From: Octopus vulgaris
Lineage: Eukaryota
DNA length: 64,000 nucleotides
Assembly (NCBI GenBank): GCA_951406725.2
Contig: OX597817.1
Span: 112,964,001 to 113,028,000 of the forward strand
Reading direction: 5' to 3'
In this document: one piece after another, positions 39,860 to 51,718 of the stretch
How the letters are laid out: each line of letters starts with the position of its first letter
How positions within the stretch are numbered: the stretch's first letter is position 1
Position numbers and translations under genes: made by a program
The notes under the pieces: model-generated
The model's input: only the letters and a program-made list of their open reading frames with translations
Database searches by the model: none
Told to the model about the DNA's origin: nothing

Positions 39860-41370
39860 CTCTAACCCTCTAAGCAGTAACTACAGATAATAATTCATAG
39901 TGTGGTAACTTTTTCAACCCATGCCAATATTCGAAACAGATAAAAATGACAATGATGATGACATACATACCAGCATGGGATCCCTTAACAAAATTTGTGC
40001 ATCGTTTTAAAAAGTACTTTGAATTATTTAGTTCTTTTGTATGAACTGTGTACAATGACACCAGTGACTTAACCGGACGTCCCTTATGAAGTCAATAAAA
40101 CAAATATCAAAATACTAGGGCTGCTATAATTAAAATCCCTTGAAGTTGGCATCCCAGTACAACCTCTCATCAAAAGCAGAAACCAGTCGAACAATGAATT
40201 GTTGGTTTAGAAATTTCTTGTGATTCATAATTTTATATTTTTCAGGTTAGATCTGTTACAAGTCTTTAAAATATTGGATTGTTTGCCATAAATTTCGTAT
40301 TTAAGTTTTGCTAAGAAATGAAGCCAACATGATTATTTGGCTTTGAGCCAAAATGGTTATTTTGTTATTTTGTTATCAGTTTAGTTGGTCTATTTCAAAA
40401 TTAAATGTAGATGTTTACACAAAAATAAATTTCTTATTTGTATGTGATTGATTTAGACAATTCATCTTTCTTTCTTTCTTTCTTTGACTTAGAAAACATA
40501 ATAGAAATATTTTTGGCTTTTTCTTTCATTTTTTTTTTACTTCATTTAAATAAATAAGGTAAATGTAAATCATATTAATAATACAGGAAACAAATAAAAG
40601 TCAATCCATTTCTTAGTACATTTTGAAAAATTTGAAGATTATTTAACTTGGAATCAATGCCAGTTATATATTTATTAATGTTTTTGTTTTAGAAGTATAA
40701 AAAACTTCTTTTTTTTTATGAATTGCTAAAATTTAATTTTATGGTTCTCAGATAGTGCACCACAAGGACTACCTGGGTGTGATGCAGATTTAAAAAACAA
40801 AGCTTTAGAAAATCCTTATTAATATTTGAGTATGTTTAAGATGGCTGTCTGACAGAATTGTTAGCATGCTGAGTAAAATGCTTAGCAGCATTTTATCCAT
40901 CTTCATGTTCTGGGTTCAAATTCCATTAAGCCTGACTATGCTTTTCATCCTTTCGAGACCAATAAAATAAGCACTAGTTGAGCACTGGGGTAAATATAAC
41001 CAACTTACCTCCTGCCTTGAAATTACTGGCCCTGTGCCAGTACTCAAACAAGGAGACTGTACAGAAGAGTTTTCTGGAGGCAGTGGTTGAAGCCAATGGT
41101 GATTTTATTGAATAAATTTACCCTTTAGTATTTCAAGATATTTTAATGTTATTTTGGTAACTATATTTTAAAATGAGATGTCAGTGTTATTTTCATCTTT
41201 GTGTAACTTAGACGACAGTTTATTCACTGCACTCTATATATATCATATATGTTTATATATATATATTGATAAAAAAGGTAAGACAACAAAAGAATGAAAG
41301 AAACCTCAATATTATGTAAATAGAGGAGTTTATCTGTAATTGTAATATGTGACAATTATTTGGTAGCCAT

Positions 41371-41431
41371 GATAAAACTCCGAGTTTCGGATGCCGAGGT
41401 GGAAATCCACACCACCATCTCTTCAGTTATC
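41371..41431 (-). ncRNA. Type I hammerhead ribozyme motif in a ~260-bp insert between (TA)n tracts
   Basis: Minus strand GATAA-CTGAAGA-GATG...CATC-C-GAAA-CTC(G)GAG-TT-TTATC: complete core with stem I GATAA/TTATC. Confidence 0.75.
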
Positions 41432-42175
41432 CAGCCATTGGAAAAAATGCTATGAAAAATGACTGTTATACAAAGGGAAATTACTGTGTGCTTGACCGTT
41501 ATTAAGACAATATTAAGACCGTTATTACATATATATATATATATGATATGTATACATGCTATTATATTTTTTGTGTTTGTTTTTGTTCCCAAATTGACAA
41601 TTGGTGGTGGTATGTTTAAATTGACATAACTTAGCAAATTGGCAAAGAGGCTGATAGAATAAGTACTAGACTTAAAAAGTACTAAGGTCAATCTGTGCAA
41701 CTAAAAGCCTTCAAGCTGGTGCCTCAGCATGGCTGCAGTCCAATAACTGAAACAAACAAAAGATAATAGTTTTGTAAAAATTTTTTTTCCTAAATTTCTC
41801 ATTTTCAAGCAATTTGAAAAATTTTTTATGTGATGTGTAACCATAATTTTTTTTTATCATTCAATATGTAGCAGACAAAATGATTTCAATCACTGGGTTA
41901 GATACTGGATTTAGGAAGATTTCATTCAGGAGTATAGCCTGTAGCATAGAACTTTCATCTAATGAACTTTCAGAGTTATAGTAGTCATAGCAAAATAATT
42001 TAGATGTTATAAAAACCTTACAGTCATAATAACCTAAGTTCATGTTCACACATTCAATGTTTAAAACCAGCTGTAAGCTTTTCCTACATTTGGAAGGCTT
42101 CTCTCTGATCTGTGTGTGCACATGCATATGTGTGTCTGTGGTATTTTGTGTGTGCATGTATGTATGTATGTATGT

Positions 42176-42223
<48 letters not shown>

Positions 42224-43098
42224 ATTGTTCTGGATTTGATTTTGCTAATGAGAAAAGTTCATTGTAATATATTTTTCCATTGTTAGTGTAAGAATGACTA
42301 AATATGCTTGAGCTTCCACTTCCCAAAACTTTGTGTGTAAAAACAAATTAATATTTGCTCCGGGTTTTTATTTTTGTATTTCTAAAGATTCTTTCACTCC
42401 TCTAAATGCTCATTCTCATGAAACAAGTTTCTTTAATATTGATAAAATTTCTCTCGCTCACTCACTCACTCATTCACTATCCTCCCTCTTTGTCTCTCTC
42501 TCTCTCTCACATATGCTCGTTTCTTCCCTCCCTCCTTCCTACTCTCATACACAAACACACTCTTCTCTCTACCCCCCCCCCCCACTCTCTCTCTTTCTCT
42601 CTGCTATTAAACTATAATTTTTGATTTCTTAGGCTAATGCATCAGAAAAAAAACTATTAAGGCTTCCCTCTTATTCTGAGAGTTTGTCTATTTATAACAA
42701 GGATTTTGTGATGAAAGTCCTCCTTAGATTCTGTGCACAATGTTAGCTCAACAGTGCCTGTTGTTCATATTTTTAATCTCTTTCTGATTTCACTTGGTAA
42801 AACAATAGACAGTGCAGCACCCCAGCTTTTCTTTTAGTCAGGACACAATTGAATTCTTCATGTTTTAAAATGTCATAATAGGCTTGCTTTGAGAAGCCTA
42901 ACCTTTATCAAGTTATAATAACTTATAGAAGGGGTTTAGAGTTTATCCCTAAGTCAGCCCTAACTGAGTGCACCTATGTTCAAAAATAATCCATCTGTGA
43001 CCCTCCCAGCTTGTTTTTTATGGTTTTTTTTTTTTCAGACATAGTGTGTCTAGAATTACAATATGTCTTTCATTTTTGAGAACAGTAGGGTATGTAAT

Positions 43099-43323
43099 TT
43101 AACCCATTATCATTTAAACTAACAGAATCCAGCGAAAATATTCTGCTGCAGGTATGTTCAAACTGGCCAGATCCAACATCTTGCACCTATCCTACAATGT
43201 CATTATCAAAATAAACAATCACTTTGTTGCAATATTGCCACAAGATAATGCATATTTAATTCAAAACAATGTGAATAAATAAGCATTACATTTGACAGAG
43301 TAATCTGAATGCTAAAGGGTTAA
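43099..43323. mobile_element. piggyBac-like MITE
   Basis: TTAA-CCC ... GAATGCTAAAGGG-TTAA termini. Confidence 0.75.
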
Positions 43324-45566
43324 GAGAGAGATTTGGTTATTATTTTTAGTGACCATGTAGAGGCGTCTCTCACTGATTCATGGATGAACAATATATTGGT
43401 ACAGTATGAGATGAATAGTCTAATGTTTACAATAAGGCCATTCACTGAAGGTTAAACCATGCTATCACTCACTTACTAATTCTATCAACTATTCATATGA
43501 GTTTAAAATAAAGGGGTCCAGAGTATATATATTTCAGAGGAAGAAATGAAATGTTGTGACTCTTAATTTTATTAAAAGCTATTTACGATGTAAGTGAAAT
43601 CACTTCTTTTATGATACAGAATTAGGTGGTAACCAGTTGCATATAAAACTCACAAGGTACACACATTATCAAGAGATTTATTCACCAAGTGCTCTACAAC
43701 TAATTAGAAAATAGTTGAGGTTATGACCAGTGTGTAAGTAGAATAAATAAGGTACAGGCATAGTTGTGTGGTAAGTTTGCTTCCCAACTATATGGTCCCA
43801 TTTTCAGGCATCTTTGACAACTTTTGAGTGGATTTGGTAAACAAAACCTGAAAGAAGCTCATCATATATATATCTGTGTGTGTATATGTTTGTCCCCTAA
43901 CACCACTTGACAACTGGTGTTGGTGTGTTTATGTCCTATAACTTAGCAGTTTGTCAATAGAGACCAAGAGAATAAGTACCAGGCTTTACAAAAGAAAACA
44001 GAAAATAGTCTTATTATTATAAATGTGATTAAAACAGCAGAATGACTCATTAGAGTAACAGACAAAATGTTCTGCAATATTTGTTCTAACACTTTACATT
44101 TTATGTTCAAATCTTGCTGGGGTCATCTTTGCCATTCATCCCTCTAGGTTTGACAAAATAAATTATCATTTATGTACTTGGTTCGATATAATTATCTATT
44201 CCTCTCCCCACAAATTTATGGGCATGTGCTTATGCGATAAAATTATTATAACTATAATTACAAGTATTTCTACATTCATAGTACTATATCTACTTCAGGT
44301 CTCTTGAAATGCTTAAAGTATGAACATATGCAGGCTGAGAGACCAGCTGGCACACAGACAAAAACAAACCGACTCATATACACACACCTGTGTATGTGTA
44401 TTGTATATATATGTGTGTGTATGTGTGTGTGTATTGATTCATGAGTTTGAAAACTAATTACTACTTTTTCAAATCTCTAATTAGACTTCATTTTAAGCAC
44501 TTGATAATTCCTACCATTTAAAAACCATATCCGATTCTATTGCCCGATTTCTTATTGAATGTTGGATTCTGTCTCTGTACATGAAGAAGATAGGATATTT
44601 AATTGAGTCTGACAATTCTTTTCACTTTAGTTGCCTTCAGTGCTTACACGCAGCAGTTACTATATGATGCAATATTACATTTTCAATGAAAATGACACAT
44701 TAATGCATTCGTTCTTCATCATTTAGTTTTACAATTTTCAGATGATTGTTTTTGTTATTACAATTTTATTTTTTGACTAACATTATGTATTATTTTTTTA
44801 TTTCTAAAATATGTTTTTAGTTGATTATATTTCCTTTGACTATTTCCTATGAAAATTGTAATAGTTTCATCAAATTTTAAACATTTGCAATTATTGGTTT
44901 TCAATGGATTATATATAAAGTTATTTTCTGTCTGTTTAATTTGAATTAATCAAATCTGCAAATTTTAAATCTAAATGTGCTTCAGTTAAAACCTAAGCAG
45001 TAGCTTTCCTCACCCACCCTTTTTTTTAGTTTTATTTTGTGCATCATTGCAGCATTATGCAATTTTGACCTTATTGAAAAGAATATTTCTACTGAGTGCA
45101 AATATTTGCCTCATTATGTAAGATTTGTGACAAATACAGACAAAAAAATATGCCATTAAATGTAAATACTGAAAAATGAAAAATAATTATAAGATAAAAT
45201 AAGGAGGCAAATTGTAGTCTTTTCATGTTACTTTACTGTCAGTTTTATTTTATTGAGTGGCTGCTTGTGATTTGAAACAAATATTGTAAAACATAATGAT
45301 GCAGTATGTGAGTGAACAAAGTTTATCAGAATGTAAATAGAATGTACTCTAACATAAAAACACTTCAATAATTCTTTCTTTTTTTTATTTTCTGTTTTCT
45401 TACAGGTGAGTATCAGAACTTGTTTTGTTGAATTCTTTGATTCTGGAAAGATAACTATACTGTTGTAAGTAGAAAGTTTTATTCTTGATCTTGAAGAAGT
45501 AAAAAGATAGAGGAGAGAGAAGAAATCCTTAATCTTGTGAAAAAGTTGAAAATATCTGAAATTGCC

Positions 45567-46032
45567 TATACATACATGCATGCATACATACATACATACA
45601 TACATACATACATAAATACATACATACATACATACATACACACATATGAACGTACATATATACTTATATGCACACACACACACAATGTCTCAACAACAAG
45701 TATACATACATACACACACACACACATACACACACACATACATACATATGAACGTACATACATACTTACATGCACACACACTCACACACACACACACACA
45801 ATGTCTCAACAACATGTATACATACATAGACACACACACATACACACACATACATACATACATACATACATGCATACATACATATGAACGTACATACATA
45901 CATGCACACACACACACAATGTCTCAACAACATGTATACATACAGACACACACACACATACACACACACACATACACACACATACACACTCACATACATA
46001 CATACACACATACATACATACATACATACATT
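45567..46032. repeat. Compound (ACAT)n/(CA)n minisatellite, ~115-bp unit x3
   Basis: ATATGAACGTACATA and CACAATGTCTCAACAAC each recur three times. Confidence 0.8.
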
Positions 46033-46076
46033 ACAGACGGACAGAGTGACAGAAGCAGTATTAATACCAAAAGATA

Positions 46077-46364
46077 AATATTCATCACTTAAAAGTGGAT
46101 GTTGCATTAGCACACACAAATACTGCAATATTTAACGAGAGAGTAAAATCTAATATGGTTATTTGGTGCATAAGAGCACATCATAGCTCTAACCAGCAAC
46201 AGACAGTCACCACTACTTCTGCTGCATGGTGATTGTCTGCTGCTGACAATAGCTATGATGAGCATTTATGTAGCATATAACAATATGAGAATTTTTCTCT
46301 CTTGGTAAATATTGCAGTATTTGTGTGTTCTAATGCAACATCCACATGTAAGTGGTGAATATTT
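46077..46364. mobile_element. Fold-back MITE
   Basis: AATATTCATCACTTA..GTGGATGTTGCATTAG.ACACACAAATACTGCAATATTTA is mirrored at 46305-46363. Confidence 0.75.
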
Positions 46365-46679
46365 TACCGTATATAATTACCGTACCAAACAGACCATTGG
46401 ATGTTGTTATGCATTGCTGGTCATAATATGCTTCCTTGCATTGCTGTAGCCTTTAAATGATGCCACCCTGGTGGCTAGGCAGACAGGAAATCATTGGTCC
46501 TGAACAGAATGCCAGTTTGTCACAGGGCTACCCATTTATATCTGAGTGAACTGGAGCAACATGAAATGAAGTGTTTTGCTCAAGAATACAATTCACTACC
46601 AGTTCCAGGAATTGAAATTACAATCTTGCAATCATGAGTGCAATGCCCTAGTCACTAGGATATACACCTTCACATATAT

Positions 46680-46890
46680 CTATTTCTTTACTAGCCACAA
46701 GGGGCTAAACACAGAGGGGACAAACAAGGACAGACAAACGGATTAAGTCGATTACATTGACCCCAGTGCGTAACTGGTACTTAATTTATCGACCCCGAAA
46801 GGATGAAAGGCAAAGTCGACCTCAGCGGAATTTGAACTCAGAGCGTAGCAGCAGACGAAACACCGCTAAGCATTTCGCCCGGCGTGCTAC
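46680..46890 (-). mobile_element. CpG-rich (young) SINE
   Basis: Same head as the 20720-21380 family with CpGs retained. 3' tail ...TTTAGCCCCTTGTGGCTAGTAAAGAAA. Confidence 0.8.
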
Positions 46891-47427
46891 CTTCACATAT
46901 ATCATCATCATCATCATACCTCAGCTTTCCATCTGGAATGGATTGGATGGTTTGACATGGAGCTGGCTAGCTAGGAGTTGTCCAGTCTCCAATTGTCTGT
47001 TGTGGCATGGTTTCTATGACTAGATGCCTTCCTAATGCCAAACACTTAACAGGGTGTGCTGGGTGTATTTTACATGCCACTGGCAAGATTGCAGTTTACA
47101 CACCACTGACATGGGTGCATTTACACAACACTGGTACAGGTGTGTTCATGCAGCACCAACATAGGTGCTTTTTTCATGTGGCACCAACAGCTGAAAGAAC
47201 AAGCCTGTATGTGTGGAGCTTCAGAAAGTTTTATTTAGTTTGACATGTCTTATCAAGTACAGCAAATCGCACATCTTCCAGTCTCTTGTCATTTTCTCAG
47301 ACAGGCCCAGCATACAAAGATTCGTTCTAACAACATTGTCCCACGTCTTCCTGGGTCTACCCCTTCTACAGGTATCCTCCACAATTAGAGCTCTTTACAT
47401 ACTTCTTTATGCAACTGTCTTCTCTCT

Positions 47428-48498
<1,071 letters not shown>

Positions 48499-48500
<2 letters not shown>

Positions 48501-51500
48501 CAATAATAATTCTCTAAAAGGAATATAGACAGTAACTGCTCGACAACATAAGGGACTAAAGCCATCTGAATATGGCTAGGGACAGGGCAGGGTGGTGGGG
48601 GTGTTACTGTTGCATTTAGCCCCAGGCGAACATCGACGTCACCAGAAAGGCTCGACACCGTCACGGTGCCCTAAACCTGCAAAGGGAGGTAATTCCCCGA
48701 TGAAGCGGAAACCACACACGGACCATGGTTTCAAGGTGTATTGCCTATCATCGGCGTGTGGTAGGCCTCCGCTTCCTCGACGAATTCTCTCTCTGCAGGA
48801 TTTTCTTATATAGATTTTCAAGCAAAATAAATTTGCTGATTTCGAAAATCTGTTCGAAAGCAATAATAATTCTCTAAAAGGAATATAGACAGTAACTGCT
48901 CGACAACATAAGGGACTAAAGCCATCTGAATATGGCTAGGGACAGGGCAGGGTGGTGGGGGTGTTACTGTTGCATTTAGCCCCAGGCGAACATCGACGTC
49001 ACCAGAAAGGCTCGACACCGTCACGGTGCCCTAAACCTGCAAAGGGAGGTAATTCCCCGATGAAGCGGAAACCACACACGGACCATGGTTTCAAGGTGTA
49101 TTGCCTATCATCGGCGTGTGGTAGGCCTCCGCTTCCTCGACGAATTCTCTCTCTGCAGGATTTTCTTATATAGATTTTCAAGCAAAATAAATTTGCTGAT
49201 TTCGAAAATCTGTTCGAAAGCAATAATAATTCTCTAAAAGGAATATAGACAGTAACTGCTCGACAACATAAGGGACTAAAGCCATCTGAATATGGCTAGG
49301 GACAGGGCAGGGTGGTGGGGGTGTTACTGTTGCATTTAGCCCCAGGCGAACATCGACGTCACCAGAAAGGCTCGACACCGTCACGGTGCCCTAAACCTGC
49401 AAAGGGAGGTAATTCCCCGATGAAGCGGAAACCACACACGGACCATGGTTTCAAGGTGTATTGCCTATCATCGGCGTGTGGTAGGCCTCCGCTTCCTCGA
49501 CGAATTCTCTCTCTGCAGGATTTTCTTATATAGATTTTCAAGCAAAATAAATTTGCTGATTTCGAAAATCTGTTCGAAAGCAATAATAATTCTCTAAAAG
49601 GAATATAGACAGTAACTGCTCGACAACATAAGGGACTAAAGCCATCTGAATATGGCTAGGGACAGGGCAGGGTGGTGGGGGTGTTACTGTTGCATTTAGC
49701 CCCAGGCGAACATCGACGTCACCAGAAAGGCTCGACACCGTCACGGTGCCCTAAACCTGCAAAGGGAGGTAATTCCCCGATGAAGCGGAAACCACACACG
49801 GACCATGGTTTCAAGGTGTATTGCCTATCATCGGCGTGTGGTAGGCCTCCGCTTCCTCGACGAATTCTCTCTCTGCAGGATTTTCTTATATAGATTTTCA
49901 AGCAAAATAAATTTGCTGATTTCGAAAATCTGTTCGAAAGCAATAATAATTCTCTAAAAGGAATATAGACAGTAACTGCTCGACAACATAAGGGACTAAA
50001 GCCATCTGAATATGGCTAGGGACAGGGCAGGGTGGTGGGGGTGTTACTGTTGCATTTAGCCCCAGGCGAACATCGACGTCACCAGAAAGGCTCGACACCG
50101 TCACGGTGCCCTAAACCTGCAAAGGGAGGTAATTCCCCGATGAAGCGGAAACCACACACGGACCATGGTTTCAAGGTGTATTGCCTATCATCGGCGTGTG
50201 GTAGGCCTCCGCTTCCTCGACGAATTCTCTCTCTGCAGGATTTTCTTATATAGATTTTCAAGCAAAATAAATTTGCTGATTTCGAAAATCTGTTCGAAAG
50301 CAATAATAATTCTCTAAAAGGAATATAGACAGTAACTGCTCGACAACATAAGGGACTAAAGCCATCTGAATATGGCTAGGGACAGGGCAGGGTGGTGGGG
50401 GTGTTACTGTTGCATTTAGCCCCAGGCGAACATCGACGTCACCAGAAAGGCTCGACACCGTCACGGTGCCCTAAACCTGCAAAGGGAGGTAATTCCCCGA
50501 TGAAGCGGAAACCACACACGGACCATGGTTTCAAGGTGTATTGCCTATCATCGGCGTGTGGTAGGCCTCCGCTTCCTCGACGAATTCTCTCTCTGCAGGA
50601 TTTTCTTATATAGATTTTCAAGCAAAATAAATTTGCTGATTTCGAAAATCTGTTCGAAAGCAATAATAATTCTCTAAAAGGAATATAGACAGTAACTGCT
50701 CGACAACATAAGGGACTAAAGCCATCTGAATATGGCTAGGGACAGGGCAGGGTGGTGGGGGTGTTACTGTTGCATTTAGCCCCAGGCGAACATCGACGTC
50801 ACCAGAAAGGCTCGACACCGTCACGGTGCCCTAAACCTGCAAAGGGAGGTGATTCCCCGATGAAGCGGAAACCACACACGGACCATGGTTTCAAGGTGTA
50901 TTGCCTATCATCGGCGTGTGGTAGGCCTCCGCTTCCTCGACGAATTCTCTCTCTGCAGGATTTTCTTATATAGATTTTCAAGCAAAATAAATTTGCTGAT
51001 TTCGAAAATCTGTTCGAAAGCAATAATAATTCTCTAAAAGGAATATAGACAGTAACTGCTCGACAACATAAGGGACTAAAGCCATCTGAATATGGCTAGG
51101 GACAGGGCAGGGTGGTGGGGGTGTTACTGTTGCATTTAGCCCCAGGCGAACATCGACGTCACCAGAAAGGCTCGACACCGTCACGGTGCCCTAAACCTGC
51201 AAAGGGAGGTAATTCCCCGATGAAGCGGAAACCACACACGGACCATGGTTTCAAGGTGTATTGCCTATCATCGGCGTGTGGTAGGCCTCCGCTTCCTCGA
51301 CGAATTCTCTCTCTGCAGGATTTTCTTATATAGATTTTCAAGCAAAATAAATTTGCTGATTTCGAAAATCTGTTCGAAAGCAATAATAATTCTCTAAAAG
51401 GAATATAGACAGTAACTGCTCGACAACATAAGGGACTAAAGCCATCTGAATATGGCTAGGGACAGGGCAGGGTGGTGGGGGTGTTACTGTTGCATTTAGC

Positions 51501-51718
51501 CCCAGGCGAACATCGACGTCACCAGAAAGGCTCGACACCGTCACGGTGCCCTAAACCTGCAAAGGGAGGTAATTCCCCGATGAAGCGGAAACCACACACG
51601 GACCATGGTTTCAAGGTGTATTGCCTATCATCGGCGTGTGGTAGGCCTCCGCTTCCTCGACGAATTCTCTCTCTGCAGGATTTTCTTATATAGATTTTCA
51701 AGCAAAATAAATTTGCTG
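48499..51718 (-). repeat. 360-bp tandem array, left arm (~8.9 units; hammerhead on minus strand)
   Basis: Units start at 48501+360n. The only difference I noticed is A>G at 50851. Confidence 0.97.
48715..48760 (-). ncRNA. Type I hammerhead ribozyme (first of 9 left-arm copies)
   Basis: Reverse complement of the motif at 51728-51773. Confidence 0.8.

Noticed and set aside
48696-48725. Second, opposite-polarity hammerhead (CCGATGA-AGCG-GAAA-CC...)
   Set aside because: There is no stem II, no UH triplet after the putative stem III and no stem I, so an ambisense ribozyme pair is not supported.
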